Assembly: GCA_964646035.1 (NCBI GenBank)
Contig: CAZYDJ010000003.1
Location: 1 to 59,694 of the forward strand
Reading direction: 5' to 3'
Length of the DNA: 59,694 bases
Source: an uncultured Fibrobacteraceae bacterium
Lineage (GTDB): Bacteria > Krumholzibacteriota > Krumholzibacteriia > LZORAL124-64-63
Part shown: piece after piece, positions 9,714-19,839 of the stretch
Position numbering within the stretch: the stretch's first letter is position 1
Layout: each line of letters starts with the position of its first letter
Program-made: the position numbers and the translations under genes
Notes under the pieces: model-generated
Told to the model about the DNA's origin: nothing
What the model saw: only the letters and a program-made list of their open reading frames with translations
The model's database searches: none

Positions 9714-11012
9714 TTGAACATCACGGGCAGCTACCAGAGCATGTTCAGGATCCCCGAGTTGAAGAGGAGAATCCTTTTCACGGCCATGATCCTGATTGTC
9801 TATCGATTGGGTGGTCACATCACCACCCCCGGCATCGACCTCGAAGCCATCAAGCAGTTCTTCGAGGGCCAGCAGGGGACTTTGGTGGGCCTCTACGATC
9901 TTTTCGCCGGCGGCAACCTGCGTCAGGCGACGATCTTCGCGCTGGGCATCATGCCTTATATCAGTGCGTCGATCATCTTCCAGCTTCTCCAGGCGGTCGT
10001 GCCGTACTTCGAGAAGCTGGCCAAGGAAGGCGACGAGGGACGCAAGAAGATCAACCAGTACACCCGTTACGGGACACTGCTCCTGGCTCTCGTGCAGTCC
10101 TTCGGTATCAGCTTCGCTCTCGAGGGCATGGGCGTCGTCCAGCACCCGGGAATGGCGTTCAAGCTGATGACGATGCTCACCCTGACCACCGGCACGATGT
10201 TCGTGATGTGGCTGGGCGAGCAGATCACCGAGCACGGCATCGGCAACGGGATCTCGCTGATCATCTTCATCGGCATCATCGCCCGTTATCCGACCGACGT
10301 GCTCAACACGATGCAGTCGTTGCGGACCGGCTCGATGCACTGGTTGACCGCGGTCCTGATCATGATCTTCATGGTCGCCGTGATCGCGGGCATCATCGCC
10401 ATCACGCAGGGGCAGCGGCGCATCCCGGTGCAGTACGCCAAGAAGATCGTCGGCCGCCGCATCTACGGCGGAGCCAACACGCATATCCCGCTGCGGGTGA
10501 ACACGGCGGGCGTGATTCCGATCATCTTCGCGCAGTCGATCATCATGTTCCCGGGCACCATCGGCGCGTTCTTCCAGAACAGCGGCGCGATGGAGGCTCT
10601 GGCCAACATGTTCCGGCCGCCGCACCCGGTCTACATCATCGTCTACTCGGCGTTGATCATACTGTTCACGTACTTCTACACCGCCGTGATCCTGAATCCC
10701 GTGGATCTGGCGGACAACATGAAGAAGAACAGCGGCTTCATTCCCGGCGTTCGTCCGGGGCGTAAGACCGCGGAATACATCGATCGGGTCCTGACCCGGG
10801 TGACGCTGCCGGGAGCCTTCTTCCTGGCCGCCATCGCCATCCTGCCGGACCTGATGATCAACTACCTGAACGTGCCGTTCTATTTCGGCGGTACGGGACT
10901 GCTCATCGTCGTCGGAGTCGGCCTGGACACGCTGCAGCAGATCGAGTCACATCTCGTGATGCGGCATTACGACGGATTCATGACGAAGGGCCGTTTGCGC
11001 GCCCGGAGGTAG
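9714..11012 (+). CDS. secY: Preprotein translocase subunit SecY
   Basis: ...FRIPELKRRILFTAMILIVYRLGGHITTPGID...GIMPYISASII... 10-TM pattern. TTG start after AAGGAAG; ATG 9741 is an alternative start. Confidence 0.95.
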   Translation: MNITGSYQSMFRIPELKRRILFTAMILIVYRLGGHITTPGIDLEAIKQFFEGQQGTLVGLYDLFAGGNLRQATIFALGIMPYISASIIFQLLQAVVPYFEKLAKEGDEGRKKINQYTRYGTLLLALVQSFGISFALEGMGVVQHPGMAFKLMTMLTLTTGTMFVMWLGEQITEHGIGNGISLIIFIGIIARYPTDVLNTMQSLRTGSMHWLTAVLIMIFMVAVIAGIIAITQGQRRIPVQYAKKIVGRRIYGGANTHIPLRVNTAGVIPIIFAQSIIMFPGTIGAFFQNSGAMEALANMFRPPHPVYIIVYSALIILFTYFYTAVILNPVDLADNMKKNSGFIPGVRPGRKTAEYIDRVLTRVTLPGAFFLAAIAILPDLMINYLNVPFYFGGTGLLIVVGVGLDTLQQIESHLVMRHYDGFMTKGRLRARR

Positions 11013-11014
11013 TC

Positions 11015-11653
11015 GTGAACGTAATAATCATGGGCCCTCCCGGATGCGGGAAGGGCACCCAGGCGGAGATGCTCGTCTCGGCCAAGGGTCTGGCCCATGT
11101 ATCGACCGGAAACATCCTGCGCTCAGCGGTGCGCAGGGACAGCGGACTGGGCCGGAAGGTCGAGTCGATCCTCGAAACCGGGGAGCTGGTTTCCGACGAC
11201 CTGATGGTGGAAGTGATGCGGGACGCCCTTTCCGCAGTGAAGCCCGACCAGGGCTGGCTGCTGGACGGATACCCGCGGAACGCGGCGCAGGCCGAGACGC
11301 TCGTCGAATTGCTGGACGAGTTGGGACAGGTCGCCGACGTGGTGATCGTGATCCGGGTCCCGGACGAGGAGATCGTCTCGCGGTTGGCCGGTCGGCTGAC
11401 CTGCACGGCCTGCGGATTCGTGACCGGCCGCACCGCCCACGAGCCGGGCGACGAATGTCCCAAGTGCGGACACGAGATGGTGGTCCGCGACGATGACCGG
11501 CCGGAGACGGTGCGTAACCGCCTGCGGGTCTTCAACAAGAGGACCAACCCGGCGGTGGAGATTCTGAAACGGCGTTACCCGGTCTCTGTCGTCGACGGAG
11601 TGGGTTCGCCGGTGGAAATTTCTCAGAAGGTGGCACTTGTCCTGGCGGATTGA
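11015..11653 (+). CDS. adk: Adenylate kinase (Cys4 zinc lid)
   Basis: GTG start. VNVIIMGPPGCGKGTQA is the P-loop. The lid is CTACG...CPKCG. Confidence 0.95.
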   Translation: MNVIIMGPPGCGKGTQAEMLVSAKGLAHVSTGNILRSAVRRDSGLGRKVESILETGELVSDDLMVEVMRDALSAVKPDQGWLLDGYPRNAAQAETLVELLDELGQVADVVIVIRVPDEEIVSRLAGRLTCTACGFVTGRTAHEPGDECPKCGHEMVVRDDDRPETVRNRLRVFNKRTNPAVEILKRRYPVSVVDGVGSPVEISQKVALVLAD

Positions 11654-12401
11654 CATCAAGCTGAAATCGCCTGCCGAGATCGACAAGATGGCGGCCAGCG
11701 CGAAAATATTGGCGGATGTCTTTCGCGGGCTGAGGCCGCTGGTGGTGCCGGGGGCGACGACCCTGGAAATAGACATCGCCGCCGAGAAGATGATCCGAGA
11801 CGCGGGGTGTGTCCCCTCGTTCAAGGGTTATAACGGATTTCCCGGAACGTGCTGCATCTCGGTCAACGAGGAAGTCGTGCACGGAATTCCGGGGCCGCGG
11901 GAATTGGTCGAGGGCGACATCGTCGGCGTCGATTGCGGGCTGGTCAAGGATGGCTGGCATTCGGATTCCGCGGAGACCTTCCCGGTGGGGAAGATCGCGC
12001 CCGAGGCCGGCAAGTTGTTGCGGGTGACCCGGGAGTGCCTGGAGCTGGGCATCGCCCAGGCCCAGGTCGGCAAGCGGATCTCGGATATCGGGATCGCCGT
12101 CCAGGAGCACGCCCGGAGCGCCGGGTTCTCGGTGGTCGAGACGTTGGTCGGTCACGGTATCGGCAGATCGCTGCACGAGGATCCGCAGGTGCCGAACTAC
12201 CGCAGCTTCTCGATGCCGGACCCGCGTCTGGCGGAGGGACTGGTCATCGCCATCGAGCCGATGATCAACGCGGGCACCAAACGGGTGGTGACCGCCGCGG
12301 ACGATTGGACGATCCGCACCGCGGACCGTGGCCTGTCCGCCCATTTCGAGCATACTGTGGCCGTCACGAAAGACGGGCCGCTGATTTTGACGGCGCGTTG
12401 A
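11637..12401 (+). CDS. map: Methionine aminopeptidase type I
   Basis: ...[15 protein letters not shown]...HGIPG...GDIVGVDCG...GHGIG..HE...EP.. are the metal ligand motifs. The TTG start overlaps the adk end by 17 nt, so the exact start is uncertain. Confidence 0.92.
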   Translation: MSWRIDIKLKSPAEIDKMAASAKILADVFRGLRPLVVPGATTLEIDIAAEKMIRDAGCVPSFKGYNGFPGTCCISVNEEVVHGIPGPRELVEGDIVGVDCGLVKDGWHSDSAETFPVGKIAPEAGKLLRVTRECLELGIAQAQVGKRISDIGIAVQEHARSAGFSVVETLVGHGIGRSLHEDPQVPNYRSFSMPDPRLAEGLVIAIEPMINAGTKRVVTAADDWTIRTADRGLSAHFEHTVAVTKDGPLILTAR

Positions 12402-12429
12402 CGCGCCGGCCGCCGACGGGAGAGGGCTG

Positions 12430-12648
12430 ATGGCCAAGGAAGAAGGAATCACCGTAGAAGGCACGGTCGTCGAGGCCCTGCCGAACGCGATGTTCCGTGT
12501 CGAGCTCGAGAATCAGCACGTGGTGCTGGCTCATGTTTCCGGCAAGATGCGAATGCATTTCATCCGCATCCTGCCCGGCGACAAGGTGACCGTTGAATTA
12601 TCTCCTTATGATCTGACCCGCGGTCGGATCACGTACAGGTACAAGTGA
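12430..12648 (+). CDS. infA: Translation initiation factor IF-1
   Basis: [72 protein letters not shown]. Confidence 0.98.
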   Translation: MAKEEGITVEGTVVEALPNAMFRVELENQHVVLAHVSGKMRMHFIRILPGDKVTVELSPYDLTRGRITYRYK

Positions 12649-12682
12649 GAACGTCCCCGCGGGGGTCGCACAAGGAGCCGAG

Positions 12683-12796
12683 ATGAAAGTTCGCGCTTCA
12701 GTGAAGAAGATTTGCGACAAGTGCAAGATCATTCGTCGGAAGGGTGTCGTGCGGGTGATCTGCGTCAACCGTCGCCACAACCAGCGTCAGGGTTAG
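12683..12796 (+). CDS. rpmJ: 50S ribosomal protein L36 (zinc-binding form)
   Basis: Hand-translated because it falls below the ORF-track cutoff: [46 protein letters not shown] lies 5 nt upstream. Confidence 0.95.
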   Translation: MKVRASVKKICDKCKIIRRKGVVRVICVNRRHNQRQG

Positions 12797-12862
12797 GAAT
12801 CCGCGGCCGAGTTCCACCGCGAGGGTGGGACGCCGGGCCGCTGTCAGTCGAAAGGAGCCGAG

Positions 12863-13234
12863 GTGGCCAGAATTGCAGGTGTTGACATCCCGAATGAGAA
12901 GCGGATCAGCACTTCTCTGACCTACATCTACGGGATCGGACCGCACCGCGCACTCCGGATCTGTGATAAGGCCAAGATCGATCCCGACAAGAAGACGCGC
13001 GATCTCTCCGAGGAGGAGTCGCGGCGGGTCATCGGGATCATCGACAAGGACTATCAGGTCGAGGGAACTCTGCGCACCGAGACGAGCCTTAATGTGCAGC
13101 GTCTGATGGACATCGGCAGTTACCGAGGTCTGCGCCATCGACGCAAGCTGCCCTGCCACGGGCAGAACACCAAGAACAATGCCCGGACCCGGAAGGGCCC
13201 CAAGGCCCGCCCCGGGGCGCGGAAGAAGAAGTAG
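12863..13234 (+). CDS. rpsM: 30S ribosomal protein S13
   Basis: GTG start after [32 protein letters not shown]... Confidence 0.97.
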   Translation: MARIAGVDIPNEKRISTSLTYIYGIGPHRALRICDKAKIDPDKKTRDLSEEESRRVIGIIDKDYQVEGTLRTETSLNVQRLMDIGSYRGLRHRRKLPCHGQNTKNNARTRKGPKARPGARKKK

Positions 13235-13252
13235 ATCTGAGGAGGTCGGAGC

Positions 13253-13651
13253 GTGGCAGGTCCCAAGGACAAGCGCAAGTCACGGAAAACCAAGAAGAAG
13301 CTAGATTTGCTGGGCGTCGCCCATGTGAAATCCAGCTTCAACAATACCATTATCACCATGACCGATACCGGTGGCAACGTGATCACCTGGTCGTCGGGCG
13401 GACATCAGGGCAGGTACAAGGGCAGTCGCAAATCGACCGCTTTCGCCGCCCAGCTTGCTGCCCGGTTCTGTGCCCAGGAGGTCATGAACGGGGGCATGCG
13501 CAAGGTCGAGGTATGGGTGCGAGGTCCCGGATCTGGCCGCGAGGCCGCCGTTCGGACCCTGCGCGCCGAGGGACTCGACGTGACGCGTATCAAGGACGTC
13601 ACGCGCCTCCCGCATAACGGCTGCAGGCCGAAGAAGCGCCGTCGCATGTAA
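13253..13651 (+). CDS. rpsK: 30S ribosomal protein S11
   Basis: ...[30 protein letters not shown]...[12 protein letters not shown]... Confidence 0.97.
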   Translation: MAGPKDKRKSRKTKKKLDLLGVAHVKSSFNNTIITMTDTGGNVITWSSGGHQGRYKGSRKSTAFAAQLAARFCAQEVMNGGMRKVEVWVRGPGSGREAAVRTLRAEGLDVTRIKDVTRLPHNGCRPKKRRRM

Positions 13652-13737
13652 TCAGCTGGCGACGCTGCGGGAATCGGGTCCGCTGATCGTGCCAGTCAAC
13701 GCCCATAATTGCCAAGTGGCAGGGGGTAGTCCAGGCC

Positions 13738-14739
13738 ATGAAATGGATCAACATGATGATGCCTGACGGTGTTCAGGCAGTCAAAGAGAGCCAGAACGAT
13801 ATGTTCGCCGAGTTGGTCATCGCGCCTCTGGAGCGCGGTTTCGGCCATACGCTCGGTACGGCTCTGCGCCGCACTTTGCTGTCCTCGATCCACGGCCATG
13901 CCATCACGGCCGTCCAGATCGACGGCGTAAAGCATGAGATGAGCACCGTGGGTAACGTTCTCGAGGACGTCACCGACATCGTGCTCAACCTGAAACAGGT
14001 CGTATTCGGACTCAGCGATGTTCCGGCCCACTGGGCCACCATCGAGGCCACCGGCCTCGGCTCCGTTACCGCGGGCATGATCAAGGGCCACCCGGATCTC
14101 GAGGTCGTCAACCCCGACCACGTGATCTGCACCCTGACCGAGCCCGGCGATTTCAGCGGACGGATCTACATCGACATGGGCCGGGGTTATATCGACCGCG
14201 AACAGCACGAAGTGCCCGACGAGGTCATCGGCGTGATCCGCATGGACGCCAACTTCTCGCCCATCAAGAAGGTGAGTTACCGCGTCGAGGATACCCGCGT
14301 GGGTCAGCGCACCGACTACGACAAGCTGGTCGTGGGCATCGAGAGCGACGGCAGCGTCCGCCCCGAGGATGCGGTGGCTTTCGCCTCCAAGATCCTCAAG
14401 GATCACTTCCAGTTGTTCATAAACTTCGACGAGGCTCCCATCGACGCCCAGGAAGAGGATGTCGACGAGGAGATGGAGCGGCGCATCGAGCTGCTCTCGC
14501 GCAGCGTCGAGGAACTGGAGCTTTCGGTCCGGTCGGCCAACTGCCTCAAGTCGGGCAAGATCGACACCCTGTTCGATCTGGTGACCAAGTCCGAGCAGGA
14601 GATGCTGAAGTTCCGCAACTTCGGCCGCAAGAGCCTCAACGAGATCCAGGAGATTCTCGAGGGCATGGATCTCGGGTTCGGCATGAACTTCGAGCCGGAG
14701 ATCACAGAGTTGGTAAAGGCGAAAACCAGCAAAGACTGA
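13738..14739 (+). CDS. rpoA: DNA-directed RNA polymerase subunit alpha
   Basis: ...[40 protein letters not shown]... plus the alpha-CTD ...[12 protein letters not shown]...L..KSE.E.L...N.G.KSL.EI. Confidence 0.97.
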   Translation: MKWINMMMPDGVQAVKESQNDMFAELVIAPLERGFGHTLGTALRRTLLSSIHGHAITAVQIDGVKHEMSTVGNVLEDVTDIVLNLKQVVFGLSDVPAHWATIEATGLGSVTAGMIKGHPDLEVVNPDHVICTLTEPGDFSGRIYIDMGRGYIDREQHEVPDEVIGVIRMDANFSPIKKVSYRVEDTRVGQRTDYDKLVVGIESDGSVRPEDAVAFASKILKDHFQLFINFDEAPIDAQEEDVDEEMERRIELLSRSVEELELSVRSANCLKSGKIDTLFDLVTKSEQEMLKFRNFGRKSLNEIQEILEGMDLGFGMNFEPEITELVKAKTSKD

Positions 14740-14824
14740 GCAGGTCCGCGCCGACCCGATCCGGGCGGCGAAGGTACCGATAGCGATGTTCGGCCAGGAC
14801 CGGACTTGCAAAGGATGGAAACCA

Positions 14825-15421
14825 ATGCGTCACAACGTCAGCGGGCGTAAGCTCAACAGGACAGCGAGCCACCGGAAGATGATGTTCCGGAACATGGTGA
14901 CGGATCTCTTCCGCCACGGCCGCATCCGCACGACCACCACCAAGGCCAAGGAAGCGCGTTCGCTGGCAGAGCGGTTGATCACGTACGCCAAGGCGGGCGA
15001 CCTCAATTCCCGTCGTCAGGCCGCCAAGCGCATCAACGATCCCGAGGTGCTGCAGAAGCTCTTCAATGAGATCGGGCCTTCCTTCGCCGATCGTCCGGGC
15101 GGTTATACCCGGATCCTGAAGATCGACGGTGTCCGCAAGGGGGACAACGCCGAGCTGTCCATCCTCGAGCTGGTCGGCGAGGGCCAGGAGCGTGTCAAAT
15201 CCAAGGGCCGCTCTTCCCGGTATCCCAAGCGCCTCGCCGCCGTCGCCTCAGCGGTCGCGGCCGCCGAGCCCGAGGCCAAGGAGGCTCCGGTAGAGGAGAC
15301 TCCGGTCGACGCTGCTCCGGAAGCCGAGGCAGCAGCGGCGGAGGAACCCGCCGCCGAGGCCGACCCTGAATCCGCGGCGGCAGCCGAGGATCCGGACGCC
15401 GGGGACGGGAAAGACAAGTAA
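14825..15421 (+). CDS. rplQ: 50S ribosomal protein L17 with Ala/Glu/Pro-rich acidic C-terminal tail
   Basis: [42 protein letters not shown]... Internal ATG of track ORF 14786-15421. Confidence 0.96.
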   Translation: MRHNVSGRKLNRTASHRKMMFRNMVTDLFRHGRIRTTTTKAKEARSLAERLITYAKAGDLNSRRQAAKRINDPEVLQKLFNEIGPSFADRPGGYTRILKIDGVRKGDNAELSILELVGEGQERVKSKGRSSRYPKRLAAVASAVAAAEPEAKEAPVEETPVDAAPEAEAAAAEEPAAEADPESAAAAEDPDAGDGKDK

Positions 15422-15441
15422 CTATCGCGCAGACTCTTGAC

Positions 15442-15469
15442 GGGCCCCCGACCGGGGGCCCGTTTTTCA
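15442..15469 (+). terminator. Intrinsic terminator of the ribosomal superoperon
   Basis: CGGGCCCCC-GACC-GGGGGCCCG perfect 9-bp GC stem followed by TTTTT, 20 nt after the rplQ stop. Confidence 0.85.
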
Positions 15470-15536
15470 ATCCGTCCCTTGTTGACAGACCAGCCCTCAA
15501 GGCTTTGGATTGGGTAATTGGGTACTTCGATTCAAC

Positions 15537-15561
15537 GCGGTTTCCGGGGGACGGAAGCCGC
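15537..15561 (+). other. Stem-loop in the fabH 5' leader
   Basis: GCGGTTTCCG-GGGGA-CGGAAGCCGC, 10 bp with one G-U, located 30 nt upstream of the fabH ATG. A consensus TTGACA lies at 15482-15487 but has no good -10 element. Confidence 0.3.
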
Positions 15562-15591
15562 ATCCGACTCCGCGAGCAAAGGATTGATGCA

Positions 15592-16599
<1,008 letters not shown>

Positions 16600-16610
16600 G
16601 CGGAGTTTTT

Positions 16611-17567
16611 ATGATCGAGGCGGCGGGACTGACGCGTTATTTCGGAACGAACAAGGCGTTGAGCGATCTCAGCTTCCGGGTCGAGCCCGGCGAGATCGTC
16701 GGCTTTCTCGGTCCTAACGGCGCCGGCAAGACGACCACGATGCGCATCCTCACCTGCACCCTGCCCCCGTCGGCGGGCAGGGCCGCGGTGGCGGGATTCG
16801 ATGTCGTGACCGAGGCCGATGCAGTACGCTCCCGCGTCGGTTTCATGCCCGAGAACGTTCCTCTTTACGGCGATGCGACCATCGACGAACTGCTGCGTTT
16901 CGTGGCGGATCTGAAGGGCGTGCCCCGGGCCGGACGCGGGTCGCATATCGACGGCGTGATCGAGCGCGTAGGCGTCGCCGAGGTCCGCAGCCGCCTGGTC
17001 GGCAATCTCTCCAAGGGATATCGTCAACGGGTGGGTCTGGCCCAGGCGCTGATCGGCGACCCCGACATCCTGATCCTGGACGAGCCCTCCGTCGGACTCG
17101 ACCCCCACCAGATAGTCGAGGTCCGCGAATTGATCCGCGGCTTCAGGGGCGAAAAGACCGTCCTGCTGAGCAGCCACATCCTCAACGAAGTCAGCCTCAT
17201 CTGCAGCCGGGTGATGATCCTGGACCGCGGGCGTCTGGTCGCCGAGGAATCACCCGCCGCGATGGCCCGGCGCAAAGCCGAGGGGCCCAGGATCGCCCTG
17301 GCCTGGAGCGGTGACCGGAGCAGGACGATCGCGGCTTTGGCCGGACTGCCCGGAGTGGGGGGGGTCTTGCCGACCGCGGACGGAGCCGAAATAGTCTGCA
17401 GCGGCGACGCGAACGAGTTGCGGCCGCGGCTGGCCGCCGCAGTCATCGAGTCCGGAGCCGGCCTGCAGTCCATGCGCGACATCGAGACTTCCCTGGAGGA
17501 CCTCTTCCTGGAGCTGACCGGATCCGGCGGCGATAAGGCGTCCGGCGCAGGGGAGGACGCGTCATGA
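16611..17567 (+). CDS. ABC transporter ATP-binding protein (GldA / ABC-2 type)
   Basis: Walker A GPNGAGKTTT, signature LSKGYRQR, Walker B ILILDEP. Only the 3' part of track ORF 15702-17567 is genuine. Confidence 0.9.
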   Translation: MIEAAGLTRYFGTNKALSDLSFRVEPGEIVGFLGPNGAGKTTTMRILTCTLPPSAGRAAVAGFDVVTEADAVRSRVGFMPENVPLYGDATIDELLRFVADLKGVPRAGRGSHIDGVIERVGVAEVRSRLVGNLSKGYRQRVGLAQALIGDPDILILDEPSVGLDPHQIVEVRELIRGFRGEKTVLLSSHILNEVSLICSRVMILDRGRLVAEESPAAMARRKAEGPRIALAWSGDRSRTIAALAGLPGVGGVLPTADGAEIVCSGDANELRPRLAAAVIESGAGLQSMRDIETSLEDLFLELTGSGGDKASGAGEDAS

Positions 17568-19810
17568 CCAGGTTGAAGGCCATCTTCCTGCGGGAGCTGG
17601 ACTCGTTCCGCCACAGCGCCGTTTCGCCGGTGGTGCTGTCGGTATTCCTGGTCCTTTCCGGATTCTTCTTCACCCAGGTCCTCTTCGCCTACAGCGAGCT
17701 GTCCCTGGCGGCCACCCGGGCCGGCGGGGCGGCCACCGTCGCGCTGACAATTTCCGACGGGGTATTCCACCCGCTGTCGTCCAACATGTCCCTCTTCCTG
17801 ATGTTCCTGCTGCCGGCGGTCTCGATGCGGATCTTCTCCGAGGAATACCGCTCCGGCCGGTACGGCCTGGTGATGACCTACCCGGTGGCCGAACACGTCT
17901 GGGTGCTGGGCAAGTTCGGCGCCGTGCTGGCGGTCGGCATCGCCATGCTGATCCTGTCCTGGGCCTTCTACGGAGTGGCGGCCGTGCTGGGAAATCCCGA
18001 GCCGGGACCATTCTTCGCGGTGCAGATCGGCCTGCTGCTGGTGGCGGGCATGGTGGCGGCATGGGGCACGTTCTTTTCCTCGCTGGTGCCGTACCAGGTG
18101 GTCTGTTACATCCTCTCATTCGCCTTCGTGCTGGTGCTGTACACCGTCGGCAGCCTCGAGCCCTTCCTGCCCGGCGCGCTGGGCAGGTTGGCGATCATGC
18201 TCTCGCTGCCGGAGCATTTCATCCGCTTCTCGCGGGGGCTGGTCGACAGCCGCGACATCGTTTATTTCCTGGCCTGGACAGCTATGGGACTCGCGGCGGC
18301 GACCGCTTCCCTGTCCGGCCGCCGCCTCGCCGGAGCTCGCCGACTCGCCCGCTGGACGCCGCTGCTGGCGTTGGCCGGGATCACGATCGTGGCGGGCTTC
18401 CTGGCCGAGCGCCGGCCCTTGACCGCGGACTGGACCAGCAACAGCCGTTATAGCCTGTCGCCGCAGACGGTCCAGGTGCTGCGCAGCCTCGATCAGGATG
18501 TCGAGGTGCGGGCCTATTTCCAGCGCATGGATCCCAATCGCAAGACCGCCGAGGTGCTGCTCAGCTCCTTCCGCGACAACAACACCCATCTGCGGTACAG
18601 CTTCTTCGACCCCGACCGCGACGTGGGCCAGGTGCGGCGCGACGGGGTGACGACGGTCCGCTCGGTCGTGATCGAGTCCGGCGATCGCCGCCGGCAGCTC
18701 CTCGACCCGGACGAATCGACCCTGGTCAACGCCGTCTACCGGGTCGTCCTCGGCGAGCAGCCCGTGGTCTATTATCTGCTCGGACACGGCGAACCCTCGC
18801 TCGACGGCGAAGGCCGCGACGGATTCCTGGCCTGCGACGCGGCGCTTGCGGAGCAGGGCTACATCGTCAGGCCTTTGCTGCTGGCGGATGCTCCGCAGGT
18901 TCCCGGCGACGCGGCACTGGTGATGATCGTCCGCCCGGTCCGCGACTTCCGGCCGGCGGAGATCGAGGCGATCGATACCTATCTGGCCCGCGGCGGATCG
19001 GTGCTGACCCTGCTCGACCCCGGCAGCCCCGCCTCGATCAACGAATGGACATCCCGCTATAACGTCGGTCTGGGCGATGATATCCTCGTATCCCGTTCGG
19101 GAGCCGCACAGAGCTTCGGCGTCGACGACCGCGTGATCATCCTCTTCAGCTACGGGCCGCACGGCGTGACCAAGGGCCTCGACGGTCTGGCCACCTTCTT
19201 CCCCTTCGCCCAGTCGCTGCGCCCGATCCATTCGGCGATGCGGGGCCTGACGGCCAAGACGGTCCTGATGACCGACAACCGCAGTTGGGCCGAGACCGAT
19301 CTCGAATCGGTGGCCGCGGGAGAGATGTCTTTCACCGAGGGCGAGGATTTCCCGGGCCCGATCCCGTTCGGCGTGGCTTTGGAGATCGATCGGGCCGAGT
19401 TCTACGGGCAGGGCGAGGGATCGGTCCGCGCCGGATTCCAGCAGGACAAGACTGTGGACGATCCGGTCCTGCAGTCGATGCAGAAGGTTCAGGATTCCCG
19501 CCAGGGACAGCCGCAGTCCATCTTCGACATCAACCGCCGGTCGCGGCTGATCATCGTCGGCGACGCCGGCTTCGCCGCTAACGAACACATCAACCTCTAC
19601 GGCAATCGGGATCTGTTGCTGAACATGGTCAGCTGGCTGGCGCGCGAGCAGATCCTGATCGCGCAGAGGGCCCGGGCCGATGTCAGCGAACTGCTCGTAC
19701 TCGGCCCCGCCAAGAGGCGCCTGATCGGCTGGGGCTGCTCCCTGGGCTGGCCGCTGCTGGTCGGAGCCGTCGGCACGATGGTCGTGTTGCGCCGACGCCG
19801 GCACGCCTGA
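17564..19810 (+). CDS. Fusion protein: ABC-2 family permease (GldF-like, ~250 aa) + GldG-like 'ABC-type uncharacterized transport system' domain (~490 aa)
   Basis: The N-terminal part has 6 hydrophobic segments and the FSEEYRSGRYGLVMTYPV motif. Next comes ...LTADWTSNSRYSLSPQTVQVLRSLDQDVEVRAYF..., a GldG-type start. A C-terminal TM anchor follows. The start overlaps the ATPase stop (ATGA). Confidence 0.8.
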   Translation: MTRLKAIFLRELDSFRHSAVSPVVLSVFLVLSGFFFTQVLFAYSELSLAATRAGGAATVALTISDGVFHPLSSNMSLFLMFLLPAVSMRIFSEEYRSGRYGLVMTYPVAEHVWVLGKFGAVLAVGIAMLILSWAFYGVAAVLGNPEPGPFFAVQIGLLLVAGMVAAWGTFFSSLVPYQVVCYILSFAFVLVLYTVGSLEPFLPGALGRLAIMLSLPEHFIRFSRGLVDSRDIVYFLAWTAMGLAAATASLSGRRLAGARRLARWTPLLALAGITIVAGFLAERRPLTADWTSNSRYSLSPQTVQVLRSLDQDVEVRAYFQRMDPNRKTAEVLLSSFRDNNTHLRYSFFDPDRDVGQVRRDGVTTVRSVVIESGDRRRQLLDPDESTLVNAVYRVVLGEQPVVYYLLGHGEPSLDGEGRDGFLACDAALAEQGYIVRPLLLADAPQVPGDAALVMIVRPVRDFRPAEIEAIDTYLARGGSVLTLLDPGSPASINEWTSRYNVGLGDDILVSRSGAAQSFGVDDRVIILFSYGPHGVTKGLDGLATFFPFAQSLRPIHSAMRGLTAKTVLMTDNRSWAETDLESVAAGEMSFTEGEDFPGPIPFGVALEIDRAEFYGQGEGSVRAGFQQDKTVDDPVLQSMQKVQDSRQGQPQSIFDINRRSRLIIVGDAGFAANEHINLYGNRDLLLNMVSWLAREQILIAQRARADVSELLVLGPAKRRLIGWGCSLGWPLLVGAVGTMVVLRRRRHA

Positions 19811-19839
19811 GCGTCCCTGTCCGTTTCCGGGAGAAGATC

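Noticed and set aside
9682-9717. 11-codon upstream ORF (MKATHSKRKPL) overlapping the secY TTG start
   Set aside because: There is no SD, it is very short, and it lies in the 48-nt rplO-secY spacer. It is most likely chance. I kept it only as a note because it overlaps the proposed start.
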